63,924 nucleotides of DNA, filler included, from 5 parts of 5 records of this genome joined end to end with filler, not necessarily neighbours in it; one strand, 5' to 3'; shown: positions 49,514-57,638, counted from the whole stretch's first letter. The notes: generated by a model not told the origin, from the sequence alone. Program-made: numbers and translations.

Positions 49514-49548
49514 AAGGCTTCTTGATATACGAGAAGCCTTATTTTTTT
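49514..49548 (+). terminator. Intrinsic terminator of the speA-speB-DHS operon
   Basis: AAGGCTTCT...AGAAGCCTT plus T-run. Confidence 0.75.
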
Positions 49549-49554
49549 ATTTGC

Positions 49555-49582
49555 TGTGACCGAATTCTCTTTTTATCGTCTA
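49555..49582 (+). promoter_or_regulatory. Putative ECF sigma promoter, copy 3
   Basis: TGTGAC-N16-CGTCTA. Confidence 0.65.
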
Positions 49583-49603
49583 ATAATTAAATCGCAGACA
49601 AAT

Positions 49604-49837
49604 ATGAGCAATGATAGAACTATAGACGGCGAAATTTTAAATTCATTTATATACTGGAAAACCTTACCTAACGACAGTGTATTACGTGCCTTTAAGACTT
49701 ATTTTCCTGAAGCTTCTAATATCAAATGGAGAATGTTAAAACATGATAAATACAAAGCAAAATTTACTTGTCGGAATGAAACTATCAATGTTATTTTTAC
49801 CAATAAAGGTAAGCTCGTAAAAATTTATAGTGAATAA
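49604..49837 (+). CDS. Small protein with one PepSY-like/DUF2874 repeat
   Basis: LPNDSVLRAFKTYFPEASNIKW...YKAKF...FTNKGKL; ATG at 49604 downstream of the ECF motif. Confidence 0.65.
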   Translation: MSNDRTIDGEILNSFIYWKTLPNDSVLRAFKTYFPEASNIKWRMLKHDKYKAKFTCRNETINVIFTNKGKLVKIYSE

Positions 49838-49838
49838 T

Positions 49839-50474
49839 CTACTCCACCAATTTATTCCTAAACGCATACTTAACCAACCCAGCAGTATTTTTAACAGCCA
49901 ACTTTTCCATTAAATTCCTTCTATGTGTATCAACTGTTCTAACACTAACAAATAACTGCTTGGCAATCTCATTGTTCGAATATTCCTGAGCAATTAATTT
50001 AAGGACTTCAATCTCGCGCTTTGTAAGAGAAACAATTGATTCACTCCTAGAATTTTCAGTACGTCCATACATAAGACATCTTGATACCTCCTTACTTAAA
50101 TATGTATCACCAACGGCAACACATTTTATTGCTCGCATCATTTCCTCTTTACCAGCATTTTTAAGAATATAGCCGACTGCACCAACTTCTAACATTTTAA
50201 CTACGTATTCTTTATCTCCATGCATAGACACTGCCAAAACATTTACTCTTTCATCAAGTAATTTTATCTTCCTTGTCAGATCAATACCATTAGTTGTTCC
50301 CATATCAATATCCATTAAAACAACATCAGGCTGAAAAGTTTTGACGATTTCTAAAATATCCTTCTCATTATCCGCATCTCCACAAACCTCGATCATCTTT
50401 TCTTTTTGCAGAAGTGCTTTAATACCTTCTCTAAACATTTTGTGATCATCCGCTATTGCGATATTTATTTTCAT
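49839..50474 (-). CDS. NarL/LuxR family response regulator
   Basis: IADDH, MDIDM, GYILK, LTKREIEVL..IA..LFVSVRTVDTHRRNLMEKL. Confidence 0.95.
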   Translation of the reverse strand: MKINIAIADDHKMFREGIKALLQKEKMIEVCGDADNEKDILEIVKTFQPDVVLMDIDMGTTNGIDLTRKIKLLDERVNVLAVSMHGDKEYVVKMLEVGAVGYILKNAGKEEMMRAIKCVAVGDTYLSKEVSRCLMYGRTENSRSESIVSLTKREIEVLKLIAQEYSNNEIAKQLFVSVRTVDTHRRNLMEKLAVKNTAGLVKYAFRNKLVE

Positions 50475-50479
50475 AATTG

Positions 50480-51508
50480 CTATTTTTCTAATGGTATTTC
50501 AATAGTAGCTGTAACTCCTTTTGAAATTGCAGTATCCAAAATAAAATTACCCCCAAATGCATTGGTTCGAGATTCAACATTAATTAATCCTACCCCAGGA
50601 TTTTCACGCATTATTTGATTTTTATCAAATCCATTTCCATTATCTTCAACCATTAATATTATACTGTCTGGATGTTCAACAAACTGCACCTGGACTTCCG
50701 ATGCACCAGAATGTTTAACTGCATTATTGATTAACTCCTGACACATTCTATACATTCCTAGCTCAACTAATTCTGCAAATCTCTTACTAACAACAGAATG
50801 AAAAAATGTAATTTTAATTTTTTCAGCTCGATTAATTCTATTCGCCAAATTCTCTAGTGCTGGAATAATTCCAAAATCAAGCAATACTTTCGGCATTAAC
50901 TGATGCGAAATATCCCGAATGTCACCTGTTAAAGAATCAATCAGCTCCAAAACTTCGGACATTTGACAATTAAATCTTGACGCATTTAACCTAAAGGATT
51001 CTGAGGAAATTGCTTCCAACAAAAGCCTTACCGTTGAAAGTGTCGGACCAATTCCATCATGAATTTCTTTAGCAATACGCCTTCTCTCAATCTCCTGTCC
51101 CTCTAACATTGAATTCAGCGCCACCATCTCCATCTCTTTATCTCTGGTAATATCTTCAATTGTAACAACATACCCCTCCTTTATTTTTCTCCCTCTGATA
51201 TTTAAAAACTTGTCATTAAACTGCAATGATTCCAAGTTAAATGCCTGGTATTGGTTTTCAATTATCTGATTCAATTTTATCTGAAGGGGCTCAATATGTT
51301 TAATTTGATCAAAAATGACTACTTCATTTAATTCATCTGAATTGATCTCAAGTTTTAATAAGGATATAGCCTGATCATTGACAAGTACAATTTGATCACA
51401 ATTGTCCAATGCAATCATTCCATAAGGAGCATTTTTCACAACTGAATTTAAAAGATCCTTTATGTTGTCATTAGTTGTATAGCCTGTCATATAGATGTTT
51501 TTATTCAT
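50480..51508 (-). CDS. Cytoplasmic PAS sensor histidine kinase (HisKA_3)
   Basis: QEIERRRIAKEIHDGIG, QELINNAVKHS, EDNGNGF, GVGL; no TM segment. Confidence 0.92.
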   Translation of the reverse strand: MNKNIYMTGYTTNDNIKDLLNSVVKNAPYGMIALDNCDQIVLVNDQAISLLKLEINSDELNEVVIFDQIKHIEPLQIKLNQIIENQYQAFNLESLQFNDKFLNIRGRKIKEGYVVTIEDITRDKEMEMVALNSMLEGQEIERRRIAKEIHDGIGPTLSTVRLLLEAISSESFRLNASRFNCQMSEVLELIDSLTGDIRDISHQLMPKVLLDFGIIPALENLANRINRAEKIKITFFHSVVSKRFAELVELGMYRMCQELINNAVKHSGASEVQVQFVEHPDSIILMVEDNGNGFDKNQIMRENPGVGLINVESRTNAFGGNFILDTAISKGVTATIEIPLEK

Positions 51509-51578
51509 AAATTATGAACTGTTTGATTGTGTTAAATCAATTTCAAGTATAGTTAATATTCTAATACCAATAATAAGA

Positions 51579-51605
51579 TGTGACTTTTTTCTTAATATGC
51601 GTCAT
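51579..51605 (+). promoter_or_regulatory. Putative ECF sigma promoter, copy 4
   Basis: TGTGAC-N15-CGTCAT. Confidence 0.65.
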
Positions 51606-51645
51606 AAAGATGTAAAAGAAGTTGTATAATTTAATACTTAAAATC

Positions 51646-51795
51646 ATGTCCAAGACGATTAGAAATTTCATATCTGACAAGGGTATGAAATCAAACAGAA
51701 ACAGAAAACCTATAAAATCTTACTCAAAAAAGAAATTATTACAGGATTATTATCAAGGAATTCTACATGATGAACATTGCTTGAGATACAATTAA
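51646..51795 (+). CDS. Putative 49-aa basic small protein
   Basis: MSKTIRNFISDKGMKSNRNRKPIKSYSKKKLLQDYYQGILHDEHCLRYN*; A-rich leader, ECF motif upstream, hairpin downstream; below the ORF-track cutoff. Confidence 0.5.
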   Translation: MSKTIRNFISDKGMKSNRNRKPIKSYSKKKLLQDYYQGILHDEHCLRYN

Positions 51796-51806
51796 AACAA
51801 TTTAAG

Positions 51807-51832
51807 AGTAGGTGAAATCACCTACTTTCTTT
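51807..51832 (+). promoter_or_regulatory. 9-2-9 palindrome (terminator of the small ORF and/or LuxR-family binding site)
   Basis: AGTAGGTGA-AA-TCACCTACT followed by TTCTTT. Confidence 0.5.
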
Positions 51833-51910
51833 CTGCGATTTAACCTAGTGTGAAAAACAGTATTTTACTGGATTTTTTTTAGGAATTAACAACCTACTTT
51901 TATCTGTATA

Positions 51911-52486
51911 ATGATTAAATGGATAAAAATGAAAAGGTCTGAAAATTGGAACATTACTGATGAACAGTTAGTACAAAATTACCTGGCAGGTGATACATCC
52001 TGTTTAGGTATTCTATATGAACGACATTTTAATAAGGTCTATTTTAAATGTTTATCATTTACAAAAAAAAATGATGAAGCATATGATTTGGTTCATGAAA
52101 TTTTCCTAAAAACAATCGACAAACTACACTTATTTAAAGGAAATTCTGAATTTTCAACATGGCTGTATCGAATATCACAAAATTTTTGCATTGAGTATTA
52201 CAGAAAAAATAAACGTTTTACATACTCAGATCTTTCCAAGTGGGTTTATGATATTGCCGATGAAGAATATGAACCGAGTAAATTGGATAATCTATCTATA
52301 GATACTGTTATAAATTCCATTTCCGAGAGCGAACAATTAATGCTTAGACTCAAATACATGGAAGGTAAAAGTGTAAAAGAATTACAAAACCAATTTCAAC
52401 TTGGTTCGAGCGCAATAAAAATGAGATTACAAAGAGCAAAACAAAAAATTGCAAAGCAAATCAAATTTTCAAATGATTTAATGTGA
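51911..52486 (+). CDS. ECF RNA polymerase sigma factor
   Basis: DEQLV, LYERH, DLVHEIF, FKGNSEFSTWLYRISQNFC, LKYMEGKSVKE, SAIKMRLQRAK; alternative start at 51929. Confidence 0.93.
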   Translation: MIKWIKMKRSENWNITDEQLVQNYLAGDTSCLGILYERHFNKVYFKCLSFTKKNDEAYDLVHEIFLKTIDKLHLFKGNSEFSTWLYRISQNFCIEYYRKNKRFTYSDLSKWVYDIADEEYEPSKLDNLSIDTVINSISESEQLMLRLKYMEGKSVKELQNQFQLGSSAIKMRLQRAKQKIAKQIKFSNDLM

Positions 52487-52508
52487 CTTTTAAGTTATTA
52501 CCTGTCTA
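52482..52508 (+). promoter_or_regulatory. Putative ECF sigma promoter, copy 5 (overlaps the sigma stop codon)
   Basis: TGTGAC-N15-TGTCTA. Confidence 0.6.
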
Positions 52509-52732
52509 ATAAATATTAAGGGTAATAAATACATATTTGCAGTAAAATGAGATGAACATTTTCACAAAAAAGGATTAATAATTAGATGTCGGTTTGTTTA
52601 GTGTGGACCAATCTAGACATCATAATACGTAAATTATCTTGTTATAACTAAAATTTAATCTTTAGAGTGAAATAGGAAGTGTTACTATTTCAATGATGTA
52701 TCACTTCCTATCATCTCTTCTTTTTAACTAAA

Positions 52733-53749
52733 ATGAAAAAACGAGAAGTTCTAAAAAAAAGTGTGCGAAACACAGATATAACCGCTTTTGATTCTACAAT
52801 GCTATTAAATGGATTGCATGAAAATTCTGGCAAACTTGGAGAACTAAAAGAAGGCATTGATATCTATTTAAAGATGCTAAGTGATAAATCATGCAGTATC
52901 ATCCTCGCTATTTCAAGTAATACCAATGCAACCGGTTGTCTAAAGGTATTTTCTGATTTGATTAAACACAAACTAGTAGATGCTATCGTTATAAGCGGGA
53001 AAAATATTATTGACATAGATTTCTTTGAAGCTCTCGGATTCAATAATTACCATGGAAGTAAAAATATCTCTGATACTAAACTGAGAGAACTTTATATAAA
53101 TAGGAGCTCTAATTATTTTGTTGATGAAGATGACCTTTTAGTTATTGACGAAACCATAAAGGAAATCGCGGATCAATTATCTCCAAGACCCTATTCATCG
53201 AGAGAATTTCTATATGAACTTGGTAAATACTTAGAGCTTTATGGCAGTAAGAAGGAATCAATAATTCAAACAGCATATGAAAATTCAATTCCAATTTTCT
53301 GTCCAGATATAACTTTTAGCAGAGCTGGATATGGTTTATTAAAGCACTACTTTGAAAGTACAAAACATCATTTAATAATAGACACATTAAAAGATTTAAG
53401 AGAACTTGGAGAAATCAATAGGTCATCTTCTTCGACAGGAATTGTGGCAATTGGAGAAGATTGTTTAACAGATTTAGCATTTAATACAATAAAATATTCA
53501 GAACAAGTTGGAGGGCAAGCCCATGCTTATAAATATGCTTTGCTTTTTAGTGATATTAACTCCGGAGATCGGGCTTGCCATTCCTCCAACCTTAAGGATG
53601 CAATATCAAAAGGGTTTGTAAAGGGAAATTTAAAGAAACACATCTATATGGACACGAATATATCCCTACCACTATTAGGTAGTTATTTATTTCATTCCAA
53701 GAGTCAATATTCGCGTACGCATCGAAATTTATTGAAAATTTATTTATAA
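52733..53749 (+). CDS. Deoxyhypusine synthase-family paralogue with substituted active site (probable pseudoenzyme)
   Basis: DHS scaffold (VDAIV, DFFEALG, PYSSREF, IPIFCP, DLREL), but GGG loop reads GEDCL and SWGK reads SKGF. Confidence 0.8.
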   Translation: MKKREVLKKSVRNTDITAFDSTMLLNGLHENSGKLGELKEGIDIYLKMLSDKSCSIILAISSNTNATGCLKVFSDLIKHKLVDAIVISGKNIIDIDFFEALGFNNYHGSKNISDTKLRELYINRSSNYFVDEDDLLVIDETIKEIADQLSPRPYSSREFLYELGKYLELYGSKKESIIQTAYENSIPIFCPDITFSRAGYGLLKHYFESTKHHLIIDTLKDLRELGEINRSSSSTGIVAIGEDCLTDLAFNTIKYSEQVGGQAHAYKYALLFSDINSGDRACHSSNLKDAISKGFVKGNLKKHIYMDTNISLPLLGSYLFHSKSQYSRTHRNLLKIYL

Positions 53750-53861
53750 AAATTGTTAGGTTTTGTTGTTTTAATATCAGACTCCCGAAAGGAGCAGCTG
53801 ATTTATACTATAGTTTCAACATCTAGTTTATATTACTGCTCCTTTCTTTATTTTTCTAGTA

Positions 53862-55379
53862 ATGACAAAACAAAAAATAGAATTACGCCATTTAAAATAC
53901 GATGATTATTATGCTCTTAAAGAAGTATCTACAGAAGCTTATTCTGGAATAGGTGGGCAATTTTGGAGTAAATCAGATCTAAAAAAATTACTAAAAATAT
54001 TCCCTGAAGGGCAAATTTGTATTGAAATCAACAATAAAGTTGTAGCATGTGCTCTCTCAATAATAGTCGATTACAAAAAAATTGGCTATCAACATACATA
54101 CCAAGAAGTTACTGGAAATTACACTTTCTCAACTCATTCACTTGAAGGAGATGTTTTATATGGGATAGAAGTATTAGTACATCCTGAACATCGAGATAAA
54201 AGGCTTGGACGAAGGTTATATGATGCGCGAAAAGAATTGTGTGAGCAACTAAACTTAAAATCTATAATTGCAGGCGGAAGAATACCAAATTATATCAACT
54301 ATGTAGATAAAATAAATCCACGAACTTATATTGAAAAAGTTAAAAACAAAGAAATAGCTGACCCTGTGTTAGGTTTCCAACTTGCAAATGACTTTCACGT
54401 AAAAAAAGTACTAAAAGGTTATTTACCTGGAGATAGCGAATCACAAGAATTTGCTACTCTATTAGAGTGGAACAACATTTATTACCAAGAAAATACACAT
54501 CTGATAAATACCCCAAAAACAATTGTTAGGATTGGAATTGTTCAGTGGCAAATGAGATTATTTGACAACCAGGATAGTTTAATTGAACAAGTAGAATATT
54601 TTATTGACTCATTAAGCCGATACAATGTCGATTTCATTATGCTACCTGAACTTTTTCATGCACCATTACTTGCTAATTATAAGGGTAAAAACGAATCTAA
54701 AGCCATTCGGAAATTAGCTTTAGTTTCTAATTCACTAAAAACTGTTTTTATTGATTTTGCTATTAAATACAATAGCAATATAATTGCAGGTGGAATTCCA
54801 ATAATAGATAACAACCAACTAAAATGCATCTCTTATTTATTTCGCCGAGATGGGACAATTGATCACCAATTGAAAATTCACCCAACACCTTCAGAATCGG
54901 CATACTGGGGAATGAAAGGTGGTGATGAAATTAAAGTTTTATCAACAGACTGTGGAAATATTGGAATTCTGTCAAGCTATGATGTCGAATTTCCTGAACT
55001 TTCTCGAATAATGTCGCGAGAAAATATTGAAATATTATTTGTTCCTTTTATATCAGACACAAAAAACAGTTATTATAGGATTAGACGATGTGCGCAAGCA
55101 AGAGCAATAGAAAATGAATGTTATGTAGCAATTGCAGGTTGTGTAGGTAACTTACCAAAAGTTTCTAACATGGATGTTCAATATGCTCAATCAGCAATAT
55201 TTACACCATCAGATTTTTCTTTTCCAACAGATGCGATCTTAGCAGAAGCAACACCCAATACAGAAATGACATTAGTAGCTGATCTGGACTTAAGTTTACT
55301 AAAAGTACTGCATGAATTTGGTACTCTACAAAACTTAAAAAACATGAGAAATAATTTATATAAAACTGAAAAATTTTAA
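53862..55379 (+). CDS. GNAT acetyltransferase / carbon-nitrogen hydrolase fusion; nitrilase nucleophile Cys replaced by Ser
   Basis: FPEGQ, LYGIEV..HPEHR..RLGRRLY, GGRIP; nitrilase PELF, KIH.TP, GILSSYDVEFPE, ARAIENECYV. Confidence 0.9.
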   Translation: MTKQKIELRHLKYDDYYALKEVSTEAYSGIGGQFWSKSDLKKLLKIFPEGQICIEINNKVVACALSIIVDYKKIGYQHTYQEVTGNYTFSTHSLEGDVLYGIEVLVHPEHRDKRLGRRLYDARKELCEQLNLKSIIAGGRIPNYINYVDKINPRTYIEKVKNKEIADPVLGFQLANDFHVKKVLKGYLPGDSESQEFATLLEWNNIYYQENTHLINTPKTIVRIGIVQWQMRLFDNQDSLIEQVEYFIDSLSRYNVDFIMLPELFHAPLLANYKGKNESKAIRKLALVSNSLKTVFIDFAIKYNSNIIAGGIPIIDNNQLKCISYLFRRDGTIDHQLKIHPTPSESAYWGMKGGDEIKVLSTDCGNIGILSSYDVEFPELSRIMSRENIEILFVPFISDTKNSYYRIRRCAQARAIENECYVAIAGCVGNLPKVSNMDVQYAQSAIFTPSDFSFPTDAILAEATPNTEMTLVADLDLSLLKVLHEFGTLQNLKNMRNNLYKTEKF

Positions 55380-55388
55380 TCCATACGA

Positions 55389-55415
55389 TGTGACGTAAAT
55401 ATTATTTAGCGTCTA
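55389..55415 (+). promoter_or_regulatory. Putative ECF sigma promoter, copy 6
   Basis: TGTGAC-N15-CGTCTA. Confidence 0.7.
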
Positions 55416-55443
55416 AATGTCATAATTCATAAAACGAGAAGAA

Positions 55444-55920
55444 ATGAAAAAATTATTAATTCTATTAATTGGTCTTGCTCCTTTGTTTTCAAATGCACAA
55501 GATTTTGATCTACCTAAAAAGATTGAAAATGTTTTTAATAAAATGTTCGAAGATGCTGAAGATATTTTTTGGTCTGAAGTTGATAATGGCTATGAAGCAT
55601 CTTTTTATGTCGATGAAGATTATAAATTGGCAGTATTCTCTATAGATGGAATATGGATTGAAACAGCTATAAATCTTAACATTGAAATAGCTTCAACTGA
55701 AATAGCAAAAGCTATTTATAAAAAGTTTAATACACATACCATTGATAATATTTTCCAAGTTGAGACAGCAAATAAAAAACAATTTTACAGGCTTCAAATT
55801 GATGATGGAGACGCAGTCTATATTGTGAAAATGTCGTATGAATTTGAGATTTTAGAATCTCAAAAAGTTTCTGACTCTTCAATATCTGATGATTTTGAAT
55901 TAGAAGAAGAGGAAGAATAA
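55444..55920 (+). CDS. Secreted PepSY-like/DUF2874 protein
   Basis: Signal peptide; LPKKIENVFNKMF..A..I.W...YEASF...FSIDGIWIET; acidic tail. Confidence 0.75.
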   Translation: MKKLLILLIGLAPLFSNAQDFDLPKKIENVFNKMFEDAEDIFWSEVDNGYEASFYVDEDYKLAVFSIDGIWIETAINLNIEIASTEIAKAIYKKFNTHTIDNIFQVETANKKQFYRLQIDDGDAVYIVKMSYEFEILESQKVSDSSISDDFELEEEEE

Positions 55921-55957
55921 AAGTCATCAATATCTTTGCTTATGATGCCAGATGACT

Positions 55958-55985
55958 AGCCATCCCCTCCCAGGATGGCTTTTCT
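55958..55985. terminator. Terminator between convergent genes
   Basis: AGCCATCC-CCTCCCA-GGATGGCT-TTTC. Confidence 0.65.
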
Positions 55986-55999
55986 TATTGTAATAAATA

Positions 56000-56860
56000 T
56001 CAGACCATCGGATTTGACTCTCTAGACTTCACATGCAAGTCTAATTGTGGAAATGGAATTACTATTTTATTTTCAATAAATTTTCTATTAATATTTATTC
56101 GAATATCACTTTTAATTCTCTCAATTCTAAAAACATTTTCGCTAAAAAATAAAACCTGAAAATCTAATGATGAAGTGCCAAAACTTATAAACCGAGCCTC
56201 TATTAAATCTTTTTCGAATATTTCTTCATGCTCGTGAACACTATTCTTCAATACCTTAATTACTAAATCCACATCACTACCATAGGCGACACCAACACCT
56301 ATTCTAAAACGTGTCTTTTTAGTTTGATGACTCCAATTAATCACTTTATTCGTAGTTATTAGTGAGTTAGGAATAATAATGGAGATATCATCTCTATTTA
56401 ATCCTTTCGATGTTCTAAGTCCAATCTCTTGAATCTTTATAATATCATCATCAATTTCTAATATATCTCCTAACTTTACAGATCTTTCCGTTAAAAGAAT
56501 AACCCCTGAAATAATATCATTAAAAGTTTGCTGTAAACCCAAACCTACACCTACAAGTAAGGCCGCAGAACCAGCTAGTAGTAAGGTTAATTTAATTCCA
56601 ATTGTTTCTAACATTAATCCGAATGCAATAATCCAGATAAAATATTTAATAATCTGAAATAGCGCATAGGTACTACCAGTATCAAGTTTCTTGAAGCGCT
56701 GTTTTCTAAACAGTGCTTTTTTAATCAACCATAAAAGGATGATTGTTACTAATATGATAATTAACACACTCAATAATTCGATAACTGTAAGAGAATAATT
56801 ATTGAATTTTATTAATTCAAAATTTAGAAATACCTTAAATGTTCTCATATATTCAATCAT
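56000..56860 (-). CDS. MscS family mechanosensitive channel
   Basis: LLVGVGLGLQQTFNDIISG, IGLRTS, IPNS, VINWS, VGVAYGSD, IPFPQ. Confidence 0.93.
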   Translation of the reverse strand: MIEYMRTFKVFLNFELIKFNNYSLTVIELLSVLIIILVTIILLWLIKKALFRKQRFKKLDTGSTYALFQIIKYFIWIIAFGLMLETIGIKLTLLLAGSAALLVGVGLGLQQTFNDIISGVILLTERSVKLGDILEIDDDIIKIQEIGLRTSKGLNRDDISIIIPNSLITTNKVINWSHQTKKTRFRIGVGVAYGSDVDLVIKVLKNSVHEHEEIFEKDLIEARFISFGTSSLDFQVLFFSENVFRIERIKSDIRININRKFIENKIVIPFPQLDLHVKSRESNPMV

Positions 56861-57142
56861 TAAATAAACTATAATACTTGTTTACTATTGGGATTGTACC
56901 GCATTGTAAATCTAAAATTAACCAGGAATTTGGGTGAATATTAACTTTCCATCAAATATCCCGAAGTATTAATAAATTATACTACTTTATCTAAGTTACT
57001 AAGAATAAAATTAAGTGTTATTTTCCCCTTAGTATTACTGCCAATCAATGTAGTAATACGAATATACTCATCTATCAGGGTTGTAGGATACTGATTTTCG
57101 TAGACGATTTTAGTGAGTGTATCGCGAAAGCCTTCTCTCCTA

Positions 57143-57242
57143 NNNNNNNNNNNNNNNNNNNNNNNNNNNNNNNNNNNNNNNNNNNNTTAATTAATTAANN
57201 NNNNNNNNNNNNNNNNNNNNNNNNNNNNNNNNNNNNNNNNNN
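57143..57242. other. Artificial contig spacer
   Basis: 44 N + TTAATTAATTAA + 44 N. Confidence 0.98.
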
Positions 57243-57283
57243 AGGGCTGGATCGGCGTAATTAATACTCTTTGACTCACTCAT
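57243..57283 (-). CDS. Probable 5' fragment of a gene cut by the contig edge
   Basis: AAGGAA then ATG at 57283: MSESKSINYADPA... Confidence 0.35.
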
Positions 57284-57345
57284 GGGCGTTCCTTGTCTTT
57301 AATTGATGGTTGCTGGTGGTTATTCGCATGACAATAAAGAAATGT

Positions 57346-57359
57346 GTCAAATATTTGAC
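57346..57359. promoter_or_regulatory. Perfect 14-bp palindrome, candidate sigma54 enhancer-binding-protein site (FleQ-box-like)
   Basis: GTCAAATATTTGAC. Confidence 0.55.
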
Positions 57360-57586
57360 CTGTAATAGTCCTGGTCATTTATTCTTTGCCAACTTTTCTC
57401 CGGCAAAATCTTCCGGCTATTACGGCATCTGAGTCTCTTGGTTTCGACGTTTCAATCTGTTCTTTCGAATATCTTAATGCCGTTAAACCTGCTTTCTCCA
57501 TGCATTTTATTCTAATATGCGCTTTTTACCTCACAGGTGACGAAGATGAGATACTCGCCTAAATAACTTTTCATTAGAGCCTTGAT

Positions 57587-57602
57587 TGCAAGCGTCATGC
57601 CA
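57587..57602 (-). promoter_or_regulatory. Sigma54 promoter (leftward)
   Basis: Minus strand TGGCAT-GACGC-TTGCA (GG-N10-GC). Confidence 0.7.
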
Positions 57603-57638
57603 CAGCAATTGATAAGTTACTTGTTAGAAGCTGCTCTT

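Noticed and set aside
52733-53749. Calling the second DHS a pseudogene
   Set aside because: Full length, no stops or frameshifts, has its own promoter motif, and changes concentrate at active-site positions
57101-57126. Possible seventh ECF promoter upstream of the third mscS (minus strand GCGAT-N14-CGTCTA)
   Set aside because: The -35 element has two mismatches and the spacer is short, so it was not counted
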